The notes under the pieces were generated by a model. The model was not told the origin of the DNA, ran no database searches, and saw only the letters and a program-made list of their open reading frames with translations. The translations under genes and the position numbers were made by a program. Below are positions 1-8,166 of a stretch of 64,000 bases of DNA, in pieces (the first letter of the stretch is position 1; every line of letters begins with the position of its first letter). The stretch comes from an uncultured Anaerolinea sp. (GTDB taxonomy: Bacteria; Chloroflexota; Anaerolineae; Anaerolineales; Villigracilaceae): positions 16,259 to 80,258 of the forward strand of contig CAZLSP010000011.1 in NCBI GenBank assembly GCA_964562145.1. The letters run 5' to 3'.

Positions 1-851
1 GAGGCGGTGACAAAGGCATCGCACATGGCCAGGTAAGTGGGCAGCTCTTCGTATGCCACGCGGCCCACAAAGTGGATTTTTGCGCCGTAGCCGCTTTCGA
101 GGGCTTGCTCTTCCAGTTTTTCACGTTCCGGGCCATCTCCCACAAGCAGCAGGTTGGCCGTGGGGATGGCCTCTGCTACCCCGCAAAAGGCGCGCAGCAG
201 GAAGGGCAGGTTTTTTTCGGGGGCCAGCCGCCCGGTGTAAACCAGCAAGATGTCTTTGGGGCTTAGCCCATATTTTTCACGACGCGAGAGGGTGTTGGAT
301 TTGAAGAAGCGTTCTAGCTCAACGCCGTTGGGCACGATGGTGATGGGCGCGTTGACCTTGAAGCGGCGCAGCACATCGGCCATGCCCGGCGAAGGTGAAA
401 TAACCCTGTTCACGGCCGAGCAGAAATCGGGCATGTAGGTTTCGAGCAGGGTTTGGCTAATTTCGGGCGGCAGCCCGGGCAGGTAGGTTTGGGCGTAGAT
501 GTCGTAACGGGTATGGTTGGTGAAGATGACCGGGATATTGAGTGGGCGACAGTAGCGCAGCGCCAGCCTTCCACTCAGGAAGGGGTGGTGAACGTGAACG
601 ACATCCATGGTTTGCAGCAGGGCTTTGGCCCGGCGGCTGTAGCGGAAGGACAGGTAATATCCGGTATCGACCAGCGGCAGGCCGGGGGAACGGATGACCC
701 TGGCGTCGTCGTCTTTGTAATCTTCGTCGCCAAAGGTGAAGACATACACATCGTGGCCGGCTTTTTCGAGAAAACGTTTGTTGAGTTCGATGTAGTTGGT
801 AATTCCGCTCATGTGCGGTTTATAAGCATCTGCCATCATGCCAATGCGCAT
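1..851 (-). CDS. Glycosyltransferase, GT-B fold family 4 (N-terminal ~283 aa; 3' end runs off the window)
   Basis: Not in the ORF track because no stop lies in the window. My translation of the minus strand from ATG 851-849 gives MRIGMMADAYKPHMSGITNYIELNKRFLEKAGHDVYVF...ILLVYTGRLAPEKNLPFLL...LLLVGDGPERE, typical GT4 signatures. The plus-strand ORFs here are antisense artefacts. Confidence 0.8.
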   Translation of the reverse strand, partial: MRIGMMADAYKPHMSGITNYIELNKRFLEKAGHDVYVFTFGDEDYKDDDARVIRSPGLPLVDTGYYLSFRYSRRAKALLQTMDVVHVHHPFLSGRLALRYCRPLNIPVIFTNHTRYDIYAQTYLPGLPPEISQTLLETYMPDFCSAVNRVISPSPGMADVLRRFKVNAPITIVPNGVELERFFKSNTLSRREKYGLSPKDILLVYTGRLAPEKNLPFLLRAFCGVAEAIPTANLLLVGDGPEREKLEEQALESGYGAKIHFVGRVAYEELPTYLAMCDAFVTA

Positions 852-942
852 GGAAATCTCCCTGAGGGGAACGAACAGGCCCCTCAGGCGTAGTGTACCA
901 TGAAGGGGATGGAATGCTGCTTAAAAGTGTACGCGGCGGGGG

Positions 943-2022
943 TTAGTGTAAAGCGCCAATCACGGTGTTTTTGCCCTTTTGTTTTCCGCGATAGAGGGCC
1001 TGGTCGGCAGCGATGAGGGCGGAGTTGATGTTTTCGGGCGGCTGGTATTCGCTTACGCCCAGGGTTATGCTGCCGTGTAAAAAATCTCCGTTGCACGGGA
1101 TTTGCAGGGCTTGTACCCGGTTGCGAAGGTTTTCTGCGATTTTGACGGCCTCACGCAGGGGAGTCTCGGGCAGGAAGACCAGGAATTCTTCGCCGCCCCA
1201 GCGCGCCACCTGGTCTTCTGGCCGGATTGTTTCAACCAGGGTGTTGGCGATCTCTACCAGCAGCTTGTCGCCGCAAATGTGGCCAAAGCGGTCGTTGATG
1301 GCTTTGAAGTCGTCGATATCGCACATGATGACTGAAAAGGGCTTGTGGATGGTTTGGGCCAGCCCGACTTCGGTGATGAGGAATTCGAGCATGCTGCGCC
1401 GGTTGAGTAACCCGGTAAGCGGGTCGGTGCGGGCCAGCAGGTCGAGAATGCTGTTCGCTTTTTGCAGGCGTTCTTCGGCGTCGCTGGCGGCCTGACTGTA
1501 GAGGTGTGCCAACGCTACCAGCAGGGAAGTGAAAGCGATCAGGTTGAAGACTTCAAACGCATGCAAGATTTCGTCGGGCAGCAGCATCTCTGGCGGGAGG
1601 CTTTTCATCGAAAAATGCAGCCACATGAAAACGCCCAGGATGCTTATGGTCAGGATGCTTTTGGTCCAGATGCGCCTGGCGGGATGCAAGAAGATGAAAA
1701 CAGGCAGGATAAAAAGATAGTATTGGAACCCGCCTTCTAGCCCGACTGTTTTGACGGCCAGGGTGGCGTGCCCTATCAATTCAAAGATGCATAATAAATA
1801 AGAAACAGGATAGTTTTTATGTTTGGTGCGCAGGATGATGCACCCCAGGTAGATGCTGACGCTCACGAAATTGGCAGTCACCAGGTTGGTGATTTGGAGG
1901 TGGTTAAAAATAAAAATGTAGGCAAAGTGCAAGATGAACGCAACGGCCACAAAAGAGTCGAGAAGCGTCTCAAAGCGTGATTGGGGTGAGTTAATGGCAG
2001 GTACAGGGAAGCCTTTTAGCAT
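943..2022 (-). CDS. Membrane-anchored diguanylate cyclase (polytopic N-terminal domain + GGDEF domain)
   Basis: 359-aa ORF with ATG start. C-terminal half has DPLTGLLNRR, IMCDIDDFKAINDRFGH and the active-site RWGGEEFLVFLP. N-terminal ~170 aa are hydrophobic helices. Confidence 0.88.
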   Translation of the reverse strand: MLKGFPVPAINSPQSRFETLLDSFVAVAFILHFAYIFIFNHLQITNLVTANFVSVSIYLGCIILRTKHKNYPVSYLLCIFELIGHATLAVKTVGLEGGFQYYLFILPVFIFLHPARRIWTKSILTISILGVFMWLHFSMKSLPPEMLLPDEILHAFEVFNLIAFTSLLVALAHLYSQAASDAEERLQKANSILDLLARTDPLTGLLNRRSMLEFLITEVGLAQTIHKPFSVIMCDIDDFKAINDRFGHICGDKLLVEIANTLVETIRPEDQVARWGGEEFLVFLPETPLREAVKIAENLRNRVQALQIPCNGDFLHGSITLGVSEYQPPENINSALIAADQALYRGKQKGKNTVIGALH

Positions 2023-2243
2023 GTGTCTTCAACCCCAATAATTTATTACGCTCGCATTGGGTTTGTGCTGGGTGCTGGTGAGATGGATGGGGCTCTGTGT
2101 AATTAATCACAAAAATTTTATGCTGCTATTTTACTTTTAAACGGTGTGATTACAACGTTTTACAACGAACTGTTGATGGTTTGAAGGTTGTCAGCCATTC
2201 TTTTCTAATTTATACTCGAACCAGATTCCTTAAAGGAGGGCGA

Positions 2244-3500
2244 ATGAACAATGATTCTGCCCAGGTAGCGGTTTTTATCGACTACGATAACATTGAGATC
2301 AGCGTGGCAGATACGCTGGGTAAAGATGCCGAAGTCGAGTGGAATATTATTCTTGAAACAGCCAGCCGAATTGGGCGGACGGTTTTACGTCGCGCCTATG
2401 CAGATTGGTCGCAGCAATCGGGTTCGCAGCGTGAGTTGTTGGGCCTGGGGATTGACCTGGTGCATGTTTCCAGCCGCCGTGGAAAGAACGCGGCTGATAT
2501 TCGCATTGTGATCGATGCCCTGGAGATGATGCACAACGCCAACAGTCGCGTTAGCCATGTGGTGCTTGTTTCAGGGGATGGCGATTTTACAGAACTGGTC
2601 CATCGCTTGCGGGGCGAAGGGAAGATGGTGATTGGGTTGGGTGTGAGCGGCACCAGCGCTGAATACCTGGTCAATGCCTGCGATGAGTTTATCTTTTACG
2701 ATAAGCTGGTGGCCAAACCGGCCCCGGCGCCGCAGCCGCGTGGAAAGAAAGGGATCCCTGAAGAGCAACCGCCCGCGCCATCTTTTGATATCACTGAAGC
2801 CCGGCTCTTACTGCGGCGGGTGTTGGAAGCCTGGGAAGGGGAGTGGATGCCGGCTTCGGAGTTGAAGAAGTCGATGCTGCGCATAAACCCCTCTTTTAAC
2901 GAGCGCAATTACGATTTCTCCAGCTTTAAAGATTTCCTGCAAGCCCAGCAAGAGATGATTACCTTGCGCACCAGCGGCGACCAGCTGGAAGCCCAGTTGA
3001 TTCCTGAAGCGGCCCCTTCGCCTGAGACGGTGCTGGAACAGTACCTGCATATCCTGGGGGGCAACAAAATTCGCATGACGCCGAATGAATATCGCCCGGC
3101 GATTATCTTCAAGTTCCATGAGTATGGCAAAAATGCCAGTTTGACGCTGACCCAGCTTAAGGATCGGGTTCACACCCACTTTGAAGAGAGCGCGCCGCAC
3201 GTAACCGGACAATATATTACCGAAACGGCGCATGAGCTCTTCCACACCTATTGTTTTGTGTTCGAGGAAGCCCCGTCAGAAATCCGGTTGTGGGATCGGC
3301 GGGTGACTTTTGCTACGGATGTCAGCCGTGCCACCGAATTGCTGGACAAATGCGACCGTGGCCTGTTGCAAAAGATTGCCAAAGCGGTTGGGACACCGTC
3401 TAAAATTGATAAAGAAGTGGCCGCCCGCCTGCTGTATGGCAGTTTTCGCGGGCAGAGAATGTTGGACCATGTGGCCCAGTTGATTGCAGGTTTGAAGTAG
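2244..3500 (+). CDS. NYN (LabA-like) domain protein with C-terminal OST-HTH/LOTUS-like region
   Basis: ORF track gives 2181..3500 with a TTG start. I prefer ATG 2244 (MNNDSAQVAVFIDYDNIE) because AAAGGAGGG lies just upstream. VAVFIDYDN...LVSGDGDFTELV is the NYN/LabA signature. Confidence 0.72.
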   Translation: MNNDSAQVAVFIDYDNIEISVADTLGKDAEVEWNIILETASRIGRTVLRRAYADWSQQSGSQRELLGLGIDLVHVSSRRGKNAADIRIVIDALEMMHNANSRVSHVVLVSGDGDFTELVHRLRGEGKMVIGLGVSGTSAEYLVNACDEFIFYDKLVAKPAPAPQPRGKKGIPEEQPPAPSFDITEARLLLRRVLEAWEGEWMPASELKKSMLRINPSFNERNYDFSSFKDFLQAQQEMITLRTSGDQLEAQLIPEAAPSPETVLEQYLHILGGNKIRMTPNEYRPAIIFKFHEYGKNASLTLTQLKDRVHTHFEESAPHVTGQYITETAHELFHTYCFVFEEAPSEIRLWDRRVTFATDVSRATELLDKCDRGLLQKIAKAVGTPSKIDKEVAARLLYGSFRGQRMLDHVAQLIAGLK

Positions 3501-3509
3501 AAACCGCCA

Positions 3510-3545
3510 GCCCCGAAGGAGTAAATCTTTCGGGGCTTTTAATTT
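3510..3545 (+). terminator. Rho-independent terminator after the NYN-domain gene
   Basis: AGCCCCGAA-N11-TTCGGGGCT hairpin followed by TTTAATTT, 10 nt after the stop codon. Confidence 0.7.
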
Positions 3546-3549
3546 GCTG

Positions 3550-3558
3550 TGGTAGAAT
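3550..3558 (+). promoter_or_regulatory. Possible extended -10 promoter element (TGgTAGAAT) for the sulfur-carrier/ttuA operon
   Basis: TGGTAGAAT sits 25 nt upstream of ATG 3583. No convincing -35 was seen. Confidence 0.3.
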
Positions 3559-3582
3559 GGGACGCCCTCAAGGAGTAGTGGT

Positions 3583-3783
3583 ATGACCGTGAAGCTGATT
3601 TTGCGTGACAAGGAATTTGAAGTCAAGCCGGGGATGACCCTGCTCGATTCGCTTAAAAAAATCAATGTGTTGTCTGAGTCGGTGCTGGCGGTTCGGAATG
3701 GTGAGATGATTCTTGACGATGAGATTCTTAAGGATGGCGATACCGTTAAACTGGTGGCGGTCATCTCAGGTGGGGCGCAATGA
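3583..3783 (+). CDS. ThiS/MoaD-family ubiquitin-like sulfur carrier (TtuB-like), ending GG-Ala-Gln
   Basis: 66-aa beta-grasp-like ORF ending ...VKLVAVISGGAQ. Its TGA overlaps the ATG of the downstream PP-loop thiolase (ATGA). Confidence 0.72.
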   Translation: MTVKLILRDKEFEVKPGMTLLDSLKKINVLSESVLAVRNGEMILDDEILKDGDTVKLVAVISGGAQ

Positions 3784-4709
3784 AGTGTCGAACCTGTGGC
3801 CAGAAGGCTATGGTCAACATGCGCCAGCACAAGCTGGCCCTGTGTAAAGAGCACTATCTCGAGTGGATTCCCGAACAAACGGCGCGTTTTATTAAAAAGT
3901 ATCGCATGTTTGGGCCCGATGAGAAAATTCTCGTTGCGGTTTCTGGCGGCAAGGATTCTCTCTCGTTATGGGATATCCTGGTGCGGCTGGGCTACCAGGC
4001 AGATGGCCTGTATATTGGCCTCGGCATCGACGAAGGAATTGCTTATTCGGATGAATCGCAGCGCCTGGCGCAAAAATTTGCCAGTGAGCATGGGCTAACG
4101 CTGCATGTCGTTGATATGCAAAAAGATTATGGGTACAGTATCCCGGTCCTGTCTGAGATGACTCATCGTGGGCAGCACCGGCCTTGCTCGGTTTGCGGCG
4201 TGACCAAACGGCATGAGATGAATCGCATTGCCCGCGACCTGGGCTATGATGTGCTGGCAACCGGTCACAACCTGGATGATGAAGCCGCCACCCTGTTTGG
4301 CAATACCCTGTCGTGGTCCAAGGAATTCTTGTTGCGCCAGGGGCCGGTTTTACCTGAGCATGATGGCCTGGCGCGCAAGGTTAAGCCGTTGTGCCGCTTT
4401 TATGAAAAAGAAATGGCCGCCTATGCCATGCTGCGCGGGATCGAGTACATTTATGAGGAGTGCCCCTTTTCGGTGGGTTCGACCTCCATCTATTACAAGG
4501 AATTGCTCAACAAGCTCGAAACCGACCGTCCCGGCGCAAAACTGACTTTTTACCTGCATTTTCTCGAAGCGCGTGCGAATGGGTTGTTTGTTCAGCCTGA
4601 AGACGCCCCGCGCGAACTCCATCATTGTCCAACCTGCGGCCAGCCAACAGCCTACGAAGGTCAGTGTTCGTTTTGTCGCATGATGGAAAAAGTTTCAACT
4701 GAAAAATGA
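3780..4709 (+). CDS. ttuA: TtuA/Ncs6-type tRNA 2-thiolation PP-loop ATPase
   Basis: 309 aa. N-terminal zinc finger (CRTCGQ...LCKEH), PP-loop VAVSGGKDS, central CSVCG, C-terminal CPTCG...CSFC. Coupled to a ThiS-like carrier gene. Confidence 0.8.
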   Translation: MKCRTCGQKAMVNMRQHKLALCKEHYLEWIPEQTARFIKKYRMFGPDEKILVAVSGGKDSLSLWDILVRLGYQADGLYIGLGIDEGIAYSDESQRLAQKFASEHGLTLHVVDMQKDYGYSIPVLSEMTHRGQHRPCSVCGVTKRHEMNRIARDLGYDVLATGHNLDDEAATLFGNTLSWSKEFLLRQGPVLPEHDGLARKVKPLCRFYEKEMAAYAMLRGIEYIYEECPFSVGSTSIYYKELLNKLETDRPGAKLTFYLHFLEARANGLFVQPEDAPRELHHCPTCGQPTAYEGQCSFCRMMEKVSTEK

Positions 4710-5347
4710 AGCCTGCCATTGACCCAACGATAGATTACAAACGACTTGTAGCCAGAGGGTATGATACCTGCGCCGCCGCCTATGAAAAGGCGCGGCGTAA
4801 TGCTGTCCACCCTGAGATTAAGTGGCTTAAGAATGCCTTGCCTAACCGTGCCCATGTGCTGGATATTGGCTGCGGTACCGGGTTGCCAGTGACCCGCGAA
4901 CTGGCAAAACGTTTCGATGTCACCGGGGTGGATATTTCTGCCGAGCAAATCCGCCGCGCGCGCGAAAACGTTCATCACGCCACCTTCTTGCAAAGCGACA
5001 TTATGGGGCTCGATTTCCCAACCGCCAGTTTTGATGCGGTTGTAGCCCTGTACGCCATCTTTCACCTGCCGCGTGGCGAACATGCCCGCCTGTTTGGCAA
5101 CATCCGCCGCTGGCTCAAGCCGGGCGGCTACTTACTGGCAACCCTGGCGAACGAACCGGAAGAAGGCTACACCGAGGACGATTTCCACGGGGTTGAGATG
5201 TTCTGGAGTCATTTTGGCATGACTGAATATACAGCTATGCTGGCTGAAGCCGGGTTCGAACTGGCTCAAACCAGCAAAATCGGGCATGGGTACACCCGCC
5301 CCGCCCCGGCAGAGTCGCACCCGTTGGTGATTGCCAGGGCGGTCTGA
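4706..5347 (+). CDS. Class I SAM-dependent methyltransferase
   Basis: 213 aa with motif I VLDIGCGTGLPV and a LKPGG post-motif. ATGA overlap with the ttuA stop. Confidence 0.8.
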   Translation: MKPAIDPTIDYKRLVARGYDTCAAAYEKARRNAVHPEIKWLKNALPNRAHVLDIGCGTGLPVTRELAKRFDVTGVDISAEQIRRARENVHHATFLQSDIMGLDFPTASFDAVVALYAIFHLPRGEHARLFGNIRRWLKPGGYLLATLANEPEEGYTEDDFHGVEMFWSHFGMTEYTAMLAEAGFELAQTSKIGHGYTRPAPAESHPLVIARAV

Positions 5348-5361
5348 AAGGAAAGTTCCAC

Positions 5362-5397
5362 GGCGGTCGCAGTTCCCGCCTTATCAAAACACAGGAG
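5362..5397 (+). promoter_or_regulatory. preQ1-I riboswitch (translational, SD-sequestering type)
   Basis: GGCGG-UCGCAGUUC-CCGCC-UUAUCAAAACACAGGAG. Nearly superimposable on the Thermoanaerobacter tengcongensis preQ1-I aptamer as I recall it (CUGGGUCGCAGUAACCCCAGUUAACAAAACAAGG). The 3' tail contains the GGAG Shine-Dalgarno 6 nt before the TTG start of a YhhQ-family gene. Confidence 0.85.
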
Positions 5398-5403
5398 TCG
5401 CAA

Positions 5404-6039
5404 TTGAATACGCACGATGAATCAAACAGCACAGCCGTTATCCCTGGAGCGGCGGTGCTGGTGGTGGCGTCTTACATCGCCGCCCAAATGCTCGCCGATG
5501 TTGCCAGCCTAAAAATAGGGGTTGTCATGGGCCTGGCCGTCGATATGGGGACTTTTATCTACCCGCTTACGTTTACGCTACGCGACGTTGTCCACAAGAC
5601 GTTGGGCAAACGCAATGCCCAGGTGCTGATCCTGGCCGCCGGGGCGCTTAACCTGCTGATGGCTGCTTACCTGATGTGGGCCGCAGCCGTGCCCAGCGAC
5701 CCATCCTGGGGGCTGGGGGCGGAGTTTGCATTGATCCTGGCCCCGGTCTGGCGCATTGTCCTGGCCTCGATTGCCGCCGAAGTGCTAAGCGAACTGCTAG
5801 ATACCGAAGTGTACCAGTGGTTCGTTTCCAGGGTGACGCGTCGCTTCCAGTGGGCTCGGGTGCTGTTGAGCAACGCAGTTAGTGTGCCGATTGATAACCT
5901 GGTTTTTTCAGTCGGCGCATTTGGCTGGAGCCTGCCCTGGGATGTGGTCTGGCAGATTTTCCTGCTGAACCTGTTGGTCAAGTTTGGCATTACCCTGGTC
6001 AGCCTGCCAATGATTTACCTGACCAAAGACCGCGCTTAA
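5404..6039 (+). CDS. yhhQ: Queuosine-precursor transporter (YhhQ / DUF165 family)
   Basis: 211-aa polytopic ORF with TTG start. AAQMLADVASLKIG...GTFIYPLTFTLRDVVHK is typical for the family. Preceded by a preQ1 riboswitch. Confidence 0.85.
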   Translation: MNTHDESNSTAVIPGAAVLVVASYIAAQMLADVASLKIGVVMGLAVDMGTFIYPLTFTLRDVVHKTLGKRNAQVLILAAGALNLLMAAYLMWAAAVPSDPSWGLGAEFALILAPVWRIVLASIAAEVLSELLDTEVYQWFVSRVTRRFQWARVLLSNAVSVPIDNLVFSVGAFGWSLPWDVVWQIFLLNLLVKFGITLVSLPMIYLTKDRA

Positions 6040-6040
6040 A

Positions 6041-6075
6041 ACAGAATGGCGGGCCAGCCTGGCCCGCCATTCTGT
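6041..6075. terminator. Bidirectional terminator hairpin between convergent yhhQ and glnA
   Basis: Near-perfect 15-bp stem ACAGAATGGCGGGCC / GGCCCGCCATTCTGT with a 5-nt loop, flanked by AAA and TTT. Confidence 0.7.
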
Positions 6076-6090
6076 TTCATTCAACCCACG

Positions 6091-7512
6091 TTATGCATCA
6101 AAATATAGGCTCATTTCATAGGGATGCGGGCGCATGCGCATTTCCAGGGCTTCGTGTTTACGTTTGAAGTCAATCCACTGTTCAATCATCTCTTCACTAA
6201 AAACATCGCCCTCGGTCAAAAAGTCATGGTCGAGTTCCAGCGCATCGAGCGCCTCGTCGAGCGAGGTGGGCAGGGCGCGAATGCTGGCGCGTTCGCTGTC
6301 GCTCATGGCAAACAGGTTTTTGTCAAAGGGACCATAGCCTTGCGCTGTGGGGTCAATCTTGTTGCGAATACCATCCAGCCCGGCCATCAGCTGCGCGGCT
6401 AGCGCCAGGTAGATGTTGCAGGTGGCATCGGGCGGGCGGAATTCGAAACGGGCTGTATCAGGCTGGTTGGCATATTTGGGGATGCGAATGGCCGCAGACC
6501 GGTTGCCCAGCGAGAAAAAGGCGTTGACCGGGGCCTCGAAGCCGGGCACCAGTCGCCGGTACGAATTGGTCGATGGATTGGTAAATGCCAGGACCGCCGC
6601 GCCATGCGCCAGTAATCCGCCAATGTAGTAAAGCGCGGTCTGGCTCAGCGCGCCATAGCCTTGCGGGTCGTAAAAGACATTTTTATCCTGTTTGAAAAGG
6701 TGCTGGTGAAAGTGCATGCCGCTGCCAGCTTCGCCGTACAATGGTTTGGGCATGAATGTGGCCGTCTGGCTGCGCCGATGGGCGGTCATCTTGGTCACAT
6801 ACTTAATCTTCATGGTGGCATCCCCGGCGGCCATCAGGCCCATCATCGGTGTTTCAATCTCGCACTGGCCGGGACCGCCCACCTCGTGATGGTGGTATTT
6901 TACAGGCACCCCCATTTTTTCAAGCACAATCGACATTTCGGCGCGCAGGTTGAAGAGTTGGTCCTTGGGCGGGATGGCGTGGTAGCCGCCATGCAGCGGA
7001 ATGTAATGCCCGTGTCCGCCGGTCGCGCTGTTCCAGTCGGCTTCGGCGCTTTGCAGGGCATAACTGGCGCGATTGATGCCGTATTCGTAGCTGACATTGT
7101 CAAAGATATAGAATTCAAACTCCGGTCCCCAGCGGCTTTCGTCGGCCAGGCCGGTTTTGCGCATATAATCTTCGGCTTGTTTGGCAATATTGCGCGGGTC
7201 GTGGGCAAAGATGGCATGCGTGTCGGCCTCGCGGGTATCGGAAATAAAACTCAGGGTGGGGACTTCCCAGAATGGGTCGATGAAGCCGGTGCCCAGGTCG
7301 GGGACGAGCACCATATCGCCCGATTTGACACTCTTCAGCCCAACGGACGAACCGTCGAAGCCGATGCCTTTTTCCATCAAATCAGGCGTGAACTGGCTGG
7401 CAGGGATGGTGAGATGATGCCAGCGGCCCCACAGGTCGGTGAACTTAATATCGACCATCTGGATGGCGTGTTTTTCCACATAATCTTGCGCCTCTTCAAA
7501 ATTTTTGAACAT
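6091..7512 (-). CDS. glnA: Glutamine synthetase, type I
   Basis: ORF track extends to 7644. I call ATG 7512 (MFKNFEEAQDYVEKH...; 473 aa) because a GGAG lies 5 nt upstream and the extension is not GS-like. GS motifs are present throughout (DLWGRWHH, KYHHHEVG.PGQCEI, GSGMHFHQ, NPSTNSYRRLVPG.EAP). Confidence 0.93.
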   Translation of the reverse strand: MFKNFEEAQDYVEKHAIQMVDIKFTDLWGRWHHLTIPASQFTPDLMEKGIGFDGSSVGLKSVKSGDMVLVPDLGTGFIDPFWEVPTLSFISDTREADTHAIFAHDPRNIAKQAEDYMRKTGLADESRWGPEFEFYIFDNVSYEYGINRASYALQSAEADWNSATGGHGHYIPLHGGYHAIPPKDQLFNLRAEMSIVLEKMGVPVKYHHHEVGGPGQCEIETPMMGLMAAGDATMKIKYVTKMTAHRRSQTATFMPKPLYGEAGSGMHFHQHLFKQDKNVFYDPQGYGALSQTALYYIGGLLAHGAAVLAFTNPSTNSYRRLVPGFEAPVNAFFSLGNRSAAIRIPKYANQPDTARFEFRPPDATCNIYLALAAQLMAGLDGIRNKIDPTAQGYGPFDKNLFAMSDSERASIRALPTSLDEALDALELDHDFLTEGDVFSEEMIEQWIDFKRKHEALEMRMRPHPYEMSLYFDA

Positions 7513-7630
7513 GGGATCTCCTGAGAGCAGTGTGGCACGGCAAAAACCGTGTGCTCTCAAAATATCATAGCCTCCCCTGGCGGGGCTAGTGGCTTCCGTC
7601 ACCAGAACCCCTGCGGAACGTAAACAAAAC

Positions 7631-7656
7631 GGCCCCCGGCACATGTGCCGGGGGCC
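7631..7656 (-). terminator. Rho-independent terminator ending the acyl-CoA carboxylase operon
   Basis: 26-nt perfect palindrome GGCCCCCGGCACA/TGTGCCGGGGGCC. On the minus strand it is followed by GTTTTGTTTA, 7 nt after the BCCP stop. Confidence 0.8.
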
Positions 7657-7662
7657 GCGTTT

Positions 7663-8157
7663 TTAGAGAATGCTCAACAGGGTGGCTTTTTGCTCCACGC
7701 TTTCGCCTGCCCTGACCTTGATGCGGTGAACTTTACCGTCCCTGGGGGCCTTCAACTCGTTTTGCATCTTCATCGACTCTAAGATTAGCAAGACCTGGCC
7801 CTTGACCACGTCCTGGCCCTCGCTGACCGGGATGGTGACCACCAGCCCCGGCATGGGCGCGCGCAAGTGGAACTCGCCGCCTTCGGCGACACCCGCCCCG
7901 GTCGATTTAAGCCGTTTCTCGCGCTCATCTTCTACCGAAGCCTGGTACAGGCGTCCATGCAGAAGCACCTGCCAGTCTTTTTCCTCGGGATAAATATAAG
8001 CCTCGTAAGACTTACCGCCAATCAGCATCGAATACACGGGCTGCCCGCTGACCGCCATAAAATCGACTTCCAGCGTGCGTCCGTTAACACGCACATGCTT
8101 TTCGTCGAGGATTTCTACTGCAAATTCTTTACCATCAATGGTTGTGATGTATTTCAT
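7663..8157 (-). CDS. Biotin carboxyl carrier (biotinyl/lipoyl-domain) subunit of acyl-CoA carboxylase
   Basis: 164 aa. C-terminal APMPG.V....V..G..V..GQVLLILESMKMQNEL with the biotinyl-lysine MKM motif. Confidence 0.85.
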   Translation of the reverse strand: MKYITTIDGKEFAVEILDEKHVRVNGRTLEVDFMAVSGQPVYSMLIGGKSYEAYIYPEEKDWQVLLHGRLYQASVEDEREKRLKSTGAGVAEGGEFHLRAPMPGLVVTIPVSEGQDVVKGQVLLILESMKMQNELKAPRDGKVHRIKVRAGESVEQKATLLSIL

Positions 8158-8166
8158 CGCGGCCTC

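Noticed and set aside
6091-7644. N-terminal extensions in the ORF track (glnA to 7644, selA from 38661, NuoF-like to 55356 and 57688, PHP to 60256, DRTGG to 60671, CBS-kinase to 61731, M23 paralogue to 46866, HExxH to 48221, YcaQ to 35403).
   Set aside because: The extensions overlap the upstream gene, are Arg/Cys/Pro-rich and unlike the family N-termini. An internal ATG with a Shine-Dalgarno and a tight or overlapping junction to the upstream stop is available in each case.
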